From contig NW_020845701.1 in assembly GCF_003704095.1 (NCBI RefSeq), positions 62,001 through 126,000 on the forward strand: DNA of 64,000 bases, read 5' to 3'. A program made the position numbers and the translations under genes. This document shows, piece after piece, positions 36,401 through 48,843 of the stretch. Position 1 is the stretch's first letter; every line of letters starts with the position of its first letter. The stretch is from Pocillopora damicornis (Eukaryota). The notes below the pieces were generated by a model. The model was not told where the DNA came from. It ran no database searches and saw nothing but the letters and a program-made list of their open reading frames with translations.

Positions 36401-39400
36401 CTTCTTTTTTCTTCTTTCTTCCTCCTCTTTTCTCATTCTTTTCCCTTTTAAACTTTATTTACCAATCCTAGTTTGTAAAAAAAACTTTTTCTTGGATTAG
36501 GAAACTGAAAGACACTTTCTTCCCGGGGAAGTCGTCTTTATTCGAGGATCCTGAGTTATCTAAGGGACCTTTTGCCACTATGGGTATTTTTAATTTGCAA
36601 GAAGATGTTTATGGATCCAAACACTGGGTATCTGTGGGTCTAAGGACTTATTCAGGAATGGCATTAGAGACATTTTACGCTCCAAATGGGTATCACGTTT
36701 CCCCAAGTGTTACAGTTCCGAGACCCATTGTGCGCGTTCCCGTGGTTTCGTATCCGTCTTGGGTAGAGGCCGAGATGCCACAGGACACTTCAGAGAGTAC
36801 CATTTTGTGCATGAAAAGAGGTTACATGTGTTGGAACAAAACTGACACAGGAGTTGTCCAGCTTTGTTGCTTTGGATTTTCTATCGACTTGTTGAGATCT
36901 CTTGAACGCCAGCTTGGCTTCGTTCCCGAGATTTATCTCGTCTCCGACGGTCAATACGGAATTATTGATGAAGAAACGGGAAAATGGAATGGAGTCATGA
37001 ATGAGTTGGTATCGGGAAGAGGTGACTTAGCCTTAGACCTGGTGATGACAGAGACACGGCTAAAAGAAATCTCGTATTCAATTCCATATCTTCCTCTTGC
37101 TTTGAATATCCTGGTGAAGAAAGACGGGCCGCTTAAAAATGGTGAGTATCGTTTACAACAGTTGCATCGTGTTAAAGATCTTGAGTGATAATCCAGTTGT
37201 TACGTTGGTGGAATGTGAATCCCGAATCCTCAATTCTGAGTTTGAGCCACAACAAGATCAATGGGTTGTTCTTATTTGATCAAGACTGTTTACTCGATCA
37301 CGCAACGGATTCTCCACCCAGAGGTAAAAATCGGTACTGGCCAAATGCTAGGAAGACCCGAGGGTATTCTGGGAATAACTACTCCTCAGCTATGTGAGTC
37401 AGGAGTCATTTGTTTGTTCTCAGGTACTCGAGGCAACTCCCCAATCTCCCCCCAACCCCCCTTCCCCCTTGCCTCGAGCCATCGAGTTACCCTGGCTGAG
37501 TTACCTAAACATCTATGAGTAACGCAACCAAATGTTACTTATGAGACTCGCAACGGCCGGAAAAATTAAGTGGGCGAGTTTTCATGCCTGGATAAATGGA
37601 GGACAACCCTGGCAGGCGGGAGAATTTTCTCTTATATATATTTCGGAGCACAAATTTGTCTAAAGTGTAACCTGCCTGGCAGAGACTGATGTTCTTCAGG
37701 GGGGCAGGGGTTTTTTAATTACCCGAAACTATATAATTAGGGCCTCTTTTTCGATTGCTGACTTTGCCATGTTGCCTAATTGTGTTCTTTTCTCACAGGT
37801 AATGCATTGCACTCCTGGTTACAGCCGTTTAGTGTCTACCTGTGGGTTGCCATCTTGGGAACATGTAACCTTATCTTAATGGTAGTCTGGTGGTTGGATA
37901 GAAAAAGTCCATCAGGACATCATCGTATTTTTAAGGAGAGTGACGAGAATGGATTTACGATGCTAGGTTTGTGACCAGTAACCACTCTCAAAATTTAAGA
38001 TTCTCTTTTTTTTTGTTATAAGTTAGCAGTGACTCCTAGTGGAAGGGAGCTAGGAAAGGCAAAACAGCACCCACCCCACAACTGAACAGAAATCGTGGAC
38101 TCGTCATCAACATTAGAAACAGAATTCAATTGACTTAAAATGTCGTCACCTTAGGAACCTCTCCAAACTTTATCCAAAGTTAGGAGGAGCAGTGTCTCTG
38201 AATATTTATCATTGTTGTAGTGAAACGTTAATTAAGCGGACACTGTGTACTAAGTGAGCATCAACTTAAGTTTGACGTCTCATATTTACTCTGAATTAGC
38301 CTCAATCCAGTGGACATGGACATTGAAAATAAGTATTTTTGTGATCCTCAGCCTGTATGATACTATCGCCAGCAAGCAGGGTCCCATAGGTGTTTGGGTT
38401 GTACGATTTTGACTCTGTTACTTCACTTTAAGTGAGAGGGGAAAGGGGGCGGGGTGATACTTAATTAAGGACCTCCATCGTGAAGACCGTTGTTTTAATT
38501 TTTGTCACTGCAGACGCCATGAGCTATGTTTGGGGCGTGGCATTTAGTAAAGACATCGGAGCAGAGAGGACCCCTCGCAGTATCAGTGCACGATGTGTGT
38601 CCACAGTATATGCGTCCATGGCTTTGATCCTTGCTAACACATATTGTGCCAACATGATGGCTTTTTTGGTTGAAGATCATTACACCTTGCCAATTGATGG
38701 AATAACAGACCCTAAGGTCTAATCTTAGTTGTTGTTGTTGTTGCTTTTTTCTGTTTAATAGAACGTGAAATCTTCAATTCATGAAGCAAATTAACAGATC
38801 ACCATTTCATAAAATGGTAGATATCGGGCGTAGTAAAGCTTCTTTTTTCCTTTGCGCGAGAGAAATTGTGTAGTAGCGAAGGAAATATTTTCTCCGTGAT
38901 TGTAGTCCAACGAGGATTACCCGCATTGTCTACATGAAGAAGTTAGTTTCTCATTTATTCTCCTTGAGGTTGAGAAAAAGTCATTCGGCTTGCCCTCAGT
39001 TGGACCACGGACTTTTTGACCCAGAGTAAAATGGGCTTCTCTCTGAATATTCTCATCGAATCATAATGAATTCTTCATCTATTTATTTTCTAGTTGGTAG
39101 ACACATCCTTTTATCCACCGGCTGGGTTTCAGCTTGGTATTCTGAAAGATTCCTATTCGGAGGCGTATTTCAGGAATCATATAAATGATGATATCCGACA
39201 ATTATACGAGACCAACATCAAAAATAATCTGCTGAACAATTTAACCGAGGGAATAAACAGACTTGAAAACGGGTAAGTGCTTGGTGAATTGAAAACGAGA
39301 GCTTTGTCTGACTATGTGCGGCTGCAACCTCGGCTACTTACACTCAACCCCAGTTTTTCGCGCGCACTCAGACTTATAAAGCCAGAACTATTGTTGATAT

Positions 39401-40144
39401 GAAGTGATTTCTTTTCTTCTTAACAGTGAAATAAACGGTTTTGTTGACGATTATTTGTCATTGAGAAAGGCCAACAACAAGATTGCTAATTGTCATTTTG
39501 GATTAGCTGGACCGACCTTCTACACCTCTGGGTTAGCGTTTGCCATGCCCAAGAACTCTCCTTGGCTGGAAGAGATCAATAAAGTTGTCTTCGATATGAA
39601 ACAAAATGGAACCATAGACTTGCTGGAAAAGATGCACTTTGATGAAAAGATGTGCTCCTCTTCCATCGCTAAGGAACTCAGTGTCTTGAATTTAAGTGGA
39701 CTTTTTCTGGCTCTCGCTGTGACCATTGGGTTTTGCTTTCTAGCCCTTTTAATAGAGGTGTTGGCGATATTTCTGTTGGTGAGATTTAGGCATCATTTAG
39801 GAGCACTCGGAAAGTTCTCTGTGCGATTGTTGTTTGACATTGAGAAGGGCGAAGAACATCTGATAATGCTGCAATATTCCTCTGAAAAGAAAAGAAAGTG
39901 TGTTCAGTTGGATGTAGTTAAAATGAACGTAGCAACTCATAAGAGCCAGCGAGACTCCGTCAATACAGTAACTTCTTTGGGAACACCTCAGTTGGAGAGA
40001 GGCTTCGAGGCAGCCGAGAGAAAAACACGACAGTTAGCTAACGGGTCCTTTGTTTCTAATCTAACCTCTGACAGTATGCTGATGCCGTTTACAAATGATG
40101 GTTTCTATGGCGACAATTTAACCTCCACGGTGACGCCCCTTTAA
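33419..40144 (+). CDS. Divergent NMDA-type ionotropic glutamate receptor subunit (~973 aa)
   Basis: Exons 33419-33829, 35284-35885, 36501-37141, 37799-37966, 38514-38716, 39094-39272 and 39427-40144 total 2922 nt in frame. It has a signal peptide, an ATD, S1 CCFGFSIDLL...DGQYG...WNGVMNEL, M1 LQPFS..LW, PRSISAR, M3 TYCANMMAF, S2 GLAFAMPKNSPW and M4 LSGLF. Confidence 0.9.
35935..36470 (+). repeat. ~530-bp polypyrimidine low-complexity tract filling most of the receptor's intron 2
   Basis: Almost exclusively C/T on the sense strand. Confidence 0.9.
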
Positions 40145-41751
40145 CAGTGCTAACATAGCATATCACACATTTAGCCAATCTATTCCCAGAACCACTCTTT
40201 CCACGAATGGCCGAGTAAATAGAATAAAAGAAGGACTTTGGGAACGAGAATAATAAAAAGTGTAAACGAAGAATGGCTTGAAATTGTTTCGAAAGGCTAA
40301 GGTCATTTTTGATAAATAAAGCGCATTTGTAATGATAATAATTTTCTTAAGATAAGATAAAATTAAAGAAAATAAATTTAATGTAAAATGAAATCGTCAT
40401 GGAAGCAAACTGAAGTCATGCCTGGACGGCCTTGGAACTAAAATTGTTTGACATTTATAAATTTGTAAGACAGCGAAATAAAACCTGAAATAAAAGAATA
40501 TAAAAAAGATACCTACAACGATTTGTAAATTAGAGACGTTTCAAGCTTAATGGAGTACATTCTCATAAATTAGACAAAGTACAGCACAGCAGAAATTTGG
40601 ACGGAAAATCTTGTATCCATATTAAGCATGTTCAACGAATATACGAGAAGAAAATATCGCCTAATAATGAACAAAATTTATTGAAAGATTATCTTAGAAT
40701 TAGCTGCCTTTATGCAACTTTCGTTAATAATTTTCTGATTTATTTTTATGTTCGTTGTCATGCAGGTTGCGAGTCAGGCTCAATTTAAGGCTACTTAGCA
40801 CCTTCGCAAGTGTCCTTCGGGTGCGAGATTATAACACCTTCCTGATTTACTAACTTTTGTTTTAAAATACGTTCACTTAATAACTCGGATGCCTTTAAGC
40901 GTTTTTAGTTGTTACATCACTCTTTACTAAAAACATGAATGACTGTTAGGGAATTTTTTTCTCAAAATAGCAATACCTTGTTCATGCGCAGATGGGTCTT
41001 CTTTCTAAAAAAAAATCAACTAATAGATTTTGTCCGATTTAACACCAGATCTCCATGACTGACAAGGCTAAAAAAAGCATGTCAGACAATGAGGAGAATT
41101 CATATGGTTTGAATCTTGGTAGAGAAAAGACTAGAAAAAAAACATTTAAAAAAGTATATATATGTATATACATACAACGAAATTTCAATTTTTTTTTTTA
41201 GTAGCAATTCAGCAGCATTCAGTTTTCAATTTATTTTTTCCAAGTTGGAACTAGAACACCACGATTTGGTCACGCGCAAATGGACAACACGGTAGTAAAT
41301 ATTTGTCACGAGGTAAAACGAGCGAAAACATGCCCCATACAGTCTGTTGTTAAAAAACGTTCATGTGTTTAGACATACACGAAGCGATAGTTCAGTGACC
41401 TTCTGTTCCCATGGGACATTTTAGGCTCAGGGGCCTTTGTTTACGAGTTGTTTCCCGCTGAGAACGCTTGATGCGCGACATTTAATCGCTCGTAGAGGAT
41501 CAGAGAATCATCAGGCTTTTATTTTCATCATTCATCTATTTTCACAATTATTTGTATTTTCCCTCTTCTCTCTTACGAACTTATTGTACGCTTGAACAAT
41601 AACAACTACTCGACAGAACGTAGAACTAAGATTTTCAGTGATCAGTTCCGCTCCCCTCTCACGCCCCCTCTGACGCCCCAACATCTGTTAGGTCAGCGGT
41701 AATTTGTTTAAAAGAGAATAGTTCAATGTTTATTTGAGTTTGTTTGTTATT

Positions 41752-44700
41752 ATGGCTGAAGAAATACAGAGCTTCGCGTATAAGTATTGCCTGTCCTCCA
41801 TGGCTGCGACTGTGGCAGAAACAGGTAACATTGTATTCCACATTGAACTGATTGAATCTCTGAAGTTTTTTGGTTATAAAGTTCTCCTCAGATTTTTCGA
41901 TTTGAGTAGTAGGCGGTTGTGAAGAGAGGCACGTTGAATAATATTATATAGCATAAAAATATAGATATTTTACAAAGCGACATTGATATGGGAAAACTTA
42001 TACCACACTTCTGTTTTTTATTACACTATGTCATGGCTATATTCACGAGAAATTCGAGAAGGCTGCGAAACTTATGCTATCATCTTGCATGATAGCTTAA
42101 TTTAACGCTTTCAATGTTTATCGCCATATTTGCATTTAGGAGTCATGCGTTCTTTTATGGACGTCACACTTTTTCCGGTTGTTATGGCACTTTAACAATC
42201 TCTCGTATCTTTTCAATAAATTAGATTAGATAAATTAAAAGTAGACTAAATTTATGTCTTATAACATTTTTTTGACGCGAAAACCTCACCGCAGACTAGA
42301 TGAATCCTGCAACCAGTCGCTAAAATCGGACTTTGAACATCTCGGTCACAGTTGAAGATTACATAATGCCATGACTAAGCTTTTTCAATTTTCCTCTTTC
42401 AATCTGAAGCGCATATTTTATCTTTTGATACAAATTTCGATAAAATGAAGGCTAACTTTGGTTCGATAATGCTTTACGGTGTAAATGATTTACTGACGAA
42501 AATCGAATTTCTTTTGACGCGATATGTGATATAATTATAGCAAAGTTGATTATGAATAGATCGCTAAATAATAGATGATCAAAACTAAGTTTAACAACAG
42601 GATTTAAAGCTTTACCTTATTTATTATTAAAGAAAAGGTTTTGAAAGATTTCAGCCTTTTGGCATAGATTCCCAAGCTTGTCAAGGTCAATGAATTAAAA
42701 GAACTAAACAAATAGATTTATCTTAGTTTGGGATCCTTGCACTCTTGAGAATAATCACAATTGGAAATATTGATAGCGTTTGGATATTTTGGAAAACTGA
42801 AGGAGTGTAAAAAGGGTTAAAATTTGTATTAGGTATTTTACTTCACCTGATTTGAAAAAACTTGTTCATACTTGTTTATATTTGGGGCAATAATGGAAAA
42901 TTTTGATTTGATCAAAAAAGGAAATGATTGGAAAACAGCCAACTTAACTGATCAACAGCATGGCATATTTGAGTCACTGAGCTTAATCCATGCAATTGCT
43001 CCTCAAGTTGCTCGTCAACACTTAAGTGTTTTTAAATAGACTTGATATTACCATGAGAGGATATTTGTCAGAGATTTTCAGTGAAGTAATTAACCCTTTA
43101 CAGTCCTTAACATCAGTATACATATTCTCCTTACTGTTCTCTATACATTCCTTTGGTTCTAACAGGGAGAATTTATAAAACTATCAAAGAGCTTTGTCAG
43201 TTGCTGATCATTTCCTATATTCTGGTGACCTAAACCTTTTATTCAGTGGTGATATTGTAAGGAGAAATTAGAACCTTGTCACTCTTAGTCATTCACAATC
43301 CTAATCCCTTTTAGCAGTAGAAGTGATCAGTGCTCATCAAATTTCTCCCAACAGTATTTAAACATTATCAACAAGACAATTGCAGGAATAAAAGAAGACC
43401 CTCTCTCTCAAAGAGATAGTCACCAAAAAATAATTGCCCTGACCTATAGATAACACATTATCAAGGTTGTTTTTTTTAGAAAATCCATGTGTGCCATTCA
43501 GATGAATTTATATTGTTGACTATGTGTATTAAAGGGTAAAAAAAAAACTTAAAAAACTGCTTACAAGATCCTCAGAAATAATATTTATAGTAAGTAAAAA
43601 ATCTCAGCCTTTGGATTTAGAGAGGGATCAATAGCAGGTGTTAAGATATACTTAGCCAGTGGTTCAGTTTATCATCTGATTATGTTTTGATTTATTTTTT
43701 TTAATCTAAGTGACCTTTCCACTGGACATAACAAAAACCAGACTTCAAATCCAAGGAGAGAGAGCATCAACCATTCAGTCTACCACAGCTGCTAATGTGC
43801 CTTACCGGGGTATGGTGAGGACAGCAGTTGGCATAGGTGAGAACTTTGGGCCTGCTAAAAAAGTGCAGTCCCTAATTTGTGGGACATACTGATTGAACTA
43901 GATAAAGTCTTAATAATCTTAAAGCAGTCTACCCTTTTCTTGATGTTATAATAAAAAAAATAATATTAATAATAACTTTATTTAAGTGTCAGTGTATTTT
44001 AGCACTGCTGTGCTAATTGGGGACACTGTAAATAAGGAAACAAATATCGTAAATGAACAGAAACTTGTTAAAAACCCCAACTGGTAGGAGGCAGACCAGT
44101 TGGCTATTTACAAAGCGTGCAGGAGTTGAATTCGGGGCCACCGAAGACAAATCCATCCAGTGGCAGGGAGGAGGACTTGAACCTGGGACCTCCAGCTTAC
44201 AAGTGCAGTGCCCTAACCACTAGGCCACGCTCGCCTCCTTGTTGACCTCATTTATGCAAGGAATTTTTGTGGGCCAGGAGACTAATGTAATTGCTGAATA
44301 AAAGATATCATTAATTAACACTGATTACATCTGTGATCTCACTCACAGTGTTGCCAGGCAGGGAGTGTCAAGTTACGCACAATTATTATGTGTCCTGTTT
44401 TTCTTGATTGTATAGACTGAGTTCTCGATGCAGTGCTTTACATTTCTGCCCATGGCATCTCTGTCTTATCAGGTGTTGTTGTTCATGACCTTTGAATACA
44501 TTCTCCTTACCTCCTTTTAACCCCTTAACTCCCAAGATCTCATCAGTAATTCTCCTTACTGTCTGCCATACAGTTCTTATAATGTTAGTTTGGAGAATTT
44601 GGTATTGGATCAACTTATAATCCCCTAATTAATAATATTTTTCTTTATTCTCATCACTTGTCTGCATGATTTTGTGTCGATAATGTAAGGAGAAATTCAG

Positions 44701-47700
44701 TCTTGGTCACTCATGGTAGTTTAAAGGTTAGAGCAGAGTTGTCTCAATAGAGACACTGTAAAGATTTGTTCTCAAATTTTGGTTTCCTGAAGTTTTATAA
44801 CATTTATGTCTGAAATATGTGTTAGGTACCATCATAGTTAAATGCTTTTGCCTGTTTCTTTTTGTGTTTCTTGTTATATACTCCAGTTGAAGAAGAAGGA
44901 TTAAGAAATCTGTGGAGTGGTGTCACCCCAGCGATTTTAAGACATATTGGTAAGTTGAATCACTCCAATACCCCCATTGCTGCACTGTTCTCTTGGGTCA
45001 AGGGGATTTGGAAAACTCTCTACATTCACTGAGGAAAGTTTACATGTCATAGAACAAAATTTGAGGGTGAAGAGTGTGTGTAAAGTGTTTTGGAAGTTTT
45101 TAGGAGGCCTAAAAGTGTGTGTGATTTTGAAGAGAGTTGACAATGGCCACTTGTAAGTGGAGGTGATATAACTCCCACTCATTGTTTTCCTTGGCAAACT
45201 TGTATGTTGGTTTTTATGCTTTGTTATCATTTTTGTTCCAGTGCAATGAATTTATCAGTTGTATTGAAAACCTTTTTTTTCAGGTTAAGGTTTTGAACCT
45301 TTCTTTTTTTTGTCAAGATGGCAAACTTATTATTTTGTACTTTTTTATAACATTTAACAGTTTACACAGGCTCAAGAATGACAGCCTATGAATTCTTGCG
45401 AAATAAAGTGTTGAAAAGAAATCCAGATGGAAGATTTCCCTTATGGCAAGTTTCTGTGTCATTCTTTTTAATTTTTGTCTTCTTTTTTCTTTTTTGTCTT
45501 TTCTTTTTCTTCTAAATTTTAAAAAAAGTGACCAACATCTGTGAAACAAACATAAATATGTTATTTGAGATTACTGAAAAGGATAATATTTCAAAAATAA
45601 TATTAACTCTTTAACCCACAAGGATGACTGGCATCTAATTTCTCCTTACAATATCACCCATGAATCATACAATGAGGTTAATAATATGAAAATCGAAGAA
45701 ACGACTATCAACTTAAGAAGTTCTTGATTGTAAAACAAATTCTCCTTGTCAGTTTTTCAAGAAATGTATGAAGAACAGAATGGAGAATACACCTACTGAT
45801 GTTAGAGTGTAAAGGGTTAAATAACACACTTGACAGTAGCATTTGATCTGATCTCAAGTCCTTTATACCCAGGAAATCAGTGATTGCAGGGATGAGTGCA
45901 GGTGCCTTTGGACAGTTCATAGCCAGTCCAACTGATCTTGTTAAAGTTCAAATGCAGATGGAAGGAAAACGAGTTATTTTAGAGGGACGTCGACCAAGGT
46001 GTGTTCCAGTCAATCAGGTTACCTTGGTATTTTTTGTCAGAAAGCATGTGAGGACTCGTGACTTGTGCTTGCCAGTTTACTTGCACCCAGTTAAACCTTT
46101 AACCCCTAAGAGTGACTAGTATCTAATTTCTCCTTACAATATCACCACTGAATCACATATTAATGTCATGAGAATAAAGGAAATGATCATGAACTAAAGA
46201 AACTCTTGATTGTTAGACAAATTCTCCTTGTCAGCACATTAGTAAATGTACAGACAACAATATGGAGAATACGCAAACCGATGATAGGGTGTAAAGGGTT
46301 TATCTGAGCAGAAAACAATCAGCAACAAAATTGATGACAGAATTATGATTGAGATATTTTGGAATTTCTTACCAATTTTTCCCCTGCGATTGTACAACGT
46401 TGAATGGAGGAAAGAGAGTATTGTAGCGGGCTGAGGTGGCTACTCGGATGCTATGTGTCAGGTACCAGTAATCTGGTTGCAAATGGAGGTACCTTACCTT
46501 AACCCTTTAACTGCCAAGATCTGATTGTTAATTCTCTCCTCTTGCTGCTACACACTTCCTTGTAAATTAGTTACGAGAATTTGGTGTAAGATCAAGATAA
46601 AGCTTCCTGATAAGTTTTTTTATTCTCATAAACCGTTTGCTAGAAAACTTATGGATTCCATAGGGAGAAGTTATATGTTAGTCACAGAGGTAACGATAAC
46701 GCGAATGCTTAACGGTAACGGTAACGATAACGATAGCTTTCAACAGGAACGGTGACGCTTACCATTAGTTTATCAGTCGAAACGGTTACGATTGTATTAA
46801 GCATTTACCGCCCCCCACGGTAAATGTCTCAGTAAAAGTCAGGCTATGGTAAAATCCGACGATCACGGACCTTTCTGTAACGATCACGCAACAAAGATAA
46901 CGCAGGTACAAAAGGCTTCAAGGTTACAATATGTAAGCGTTCAGTTTTCTTCTGATTGATGTCTTATCTCGATTTTATTGACGCAGGGTACGAAACACTG
47001 TACACGCTTTTTCAACCATTGTTCGTAAACATGGCGTCCGAGGGCTCTGGAAAGGTTGGGCTCCCAATGTACAGAGGGCGGCCTTAGTAAATATGGGAGG
47101 TGAGTGACTTATATAATTCGTATCTCTTTGATACGATAAAAAAACGCCGAAAAGTTTTTCTGCCGTCGTCTTAATTTTTGTACCCAATTCAGGCCCCAAC
47201 CACACTGCTGCATTTTCATTTGAAAACACAAAGGCTTCATTTTGATGCGTTTTTGTCTATCGTTCACACTGAAACAGCAGAAAACCCAGATGGAAGGGGC
47301 AGTACATGTTTGTGACCCATTTTTGCGAGAACGTCCACATAAGAAACGAAGTTGTTAAATAACGATGCGTTTCCAAAACACTCACGCTTCTTCAGAAAGC
47401 TCCGTTTTCATTTGCGCGTTCGTGCGTTTTTCACGCGTTTCGTGTGCTCTTGGTCGTTTTCGTGCTTTGCTTTATTTTTCCTTACTTCGCCCCATGATTG
47501 GTCCATCAAACTCGCGCCATTCTCTTATTCAATCAGATGTAAAACCAAAACCAATCCCAAAGCTTGGTCAGCGGCTTCTTCTCGCGCGACACTCAATCAA
47601 AAAGCGTCGTTGTTTTCTTTCAGTACGGTGGCTACATAACAGGTTACTGTGGGTTCGATTTCATGTATTAATAATCTATAAATTTACTAATTTGTTACCT

Positions 47701-48843
47701 TACAGATCTTACCACTTACGACACCGTGAAGCATCTCTTGCTTCATCACACAAGTTTGGAGGACAACTGGGTCACTCACACTTTTTCGAGGTAAAATGAC
47801 ATTCTAGTACCCTCCAACTGATAGGTGTTTTTATTCTCATCACTGTTTTGAGGATAATGGAATGAAATTGTGAGGAGAAATTTCATGTGGATCACCTGAA
47901 GGAGTTAAAAGGTGAACGGGCATCATTGTGCACATGAAGAGCCAAAAATCTCGACGTACTCTTAGTAAACAAGAAAAGAGAAAATGAGAGAACATATTCC
48001 CATTACCCACCTTAATCCTTTTAATTAATCCTTTCTTGTAGGAAGTTGATGTTGGAAATTCACAATTAATCAAAGTTTAACTCTTATGTGACTAAGAAAA
48101 AATTTCTTCCTACAATATCATTACAATATCAAGCAGATTAGCGTTGAAAATGAAGATAAATATCAATTAGGGGATTACTAGTTGATCCAATACCAACTTC
48201 TCTGAACTTTGATCATGAGGATTGTATGGCATACAGTAAGGAGAATTACTAAATGAGATCTTAGGAGTAAAAGGGTTAATTGTTGTTTTCGAACGACTAC
48301 CTCGCAGGAAATGTAATTATTTTAAACAATGAACATATTTTTCATTTCCTTTTAATTGTTCATTGTTCATTTTTTTCCTAGTGGCTGCTCAGGACTGATC
48401 GCTGCAACAATCAGCACTCCAGCAGATGTGGTCAAAACAAGAATAATGAACAATCCTAACGTGTATAGAGGATCCATAGACTGTTTCTTGAGTGCGGTAT
48501 GTAAGCTNNNNNNNNNNNNNNNNNNNNNNNNNNNNNNNNNNNNNNNNNNNNNNNNNNNNNNNNNNNNNNNNNNNNNNNNNNNNNNNNNNNNNNNNNNNNN
48601 NNNNNNNTAAGAGTTAAAGGGTTAACAGGCCTGCTGTGGAAGGCTTCGCTGTATATCAAACTTCATTCAGCGTTTTTTCAAATTATTTCCTCTCTAGTGT
48701 TCGTTTATTGCCCGTCCAAGGTAGATATAGGCATAGGCATAGTATTTTCTTCTTTTTCTGTCTTCTTCCAGGCTCCATGGTCGTTAACATTCTGGCTTGT
48801 GTACGAACGGATTAGAAATGTTGCAGGTGTTTCGGGATTTTGA
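41752..48843 (+). CDS. SLC25A27: Mitochondrial uncoupling protein 4; one exon probably lost in the gap at 48508-48607
   Basis: Exons 41752-41824, 43711-43836, 44887-44949, 45361-45445, 45873-45998, 46987-47099, 47706-47790, 48382-48496 and 48772-48843. Three carrier signatures ([30 protein letters not shown]), plus the UCP4-type [21 protein letters not shown] and [12 protein letters not shown]. Confidence 0.93.
43951..44238 (-). mobile_element. Near-full-length tRNA-derived SINE in UCP4 intron 2
   Basis: Minus strand starts GGAGGCGAGCGTGGCCTAGTGGTTAGGG (A box), then GGTTCAAGTCC (B box), a ~200-nt body and an AATAAAG(TTA)n tail. Confidence 0.8.
44517..44730 (+). mobile_element. ~210-bp TTAA-flanked MITE with piggyBac-like termini
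   Basis: TTAACCCCTTAACTCCCAAGATCTC...AAGGAGAAATT...TTAAAGGTTA. Family copies at ~7638-7815, 14771-14982, 43090-43290, 46499-46688, 52007-52218 and 58844-59059 share this orientation. Confidence 0.8.
45603..45820 (-). mobile_element. Same MITE family, opposite orientation
   Basis: TTAACTCTTTAACC...AATTTCTCCTTACAATATC...GTAAAGGGTTAA. Confidence 0.8.
46091..46302 (-). mobile_element. Same MITE family, opposite orientation
   Basis: TTAAACCTTTAACCCCTAAGAGTGAC...AATTTCTCCTTACAATATC...GTAAAGGGTT. Confidence 0.8.
48077..48279 (-). mobile_element. Same MITE family, opposite orientation
   Basis: Reverse complement of the 44517 and 63746 copies, ending GAGATCTTAGGAGTAAAAGGGTTAA. Confidence 0.8.

Noticed and set aside
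35935-36471. 178-aa F/S/L/P-rich ORF
   Set aside because: By-product of the C/T tract, which cannot readily form stop codons. It lies inside a phase-consistent intron.
44160-44238. tRNA gene
   Set aside because: It has A and B boxes but no convincing acceptor stem, and continues into a SINE body and tail.
48496-48772. UCP4 pseudogenisation by exon loss
   Set aside because: The missing segment coincides with an N-gap, and all other exons are intact and in frame.
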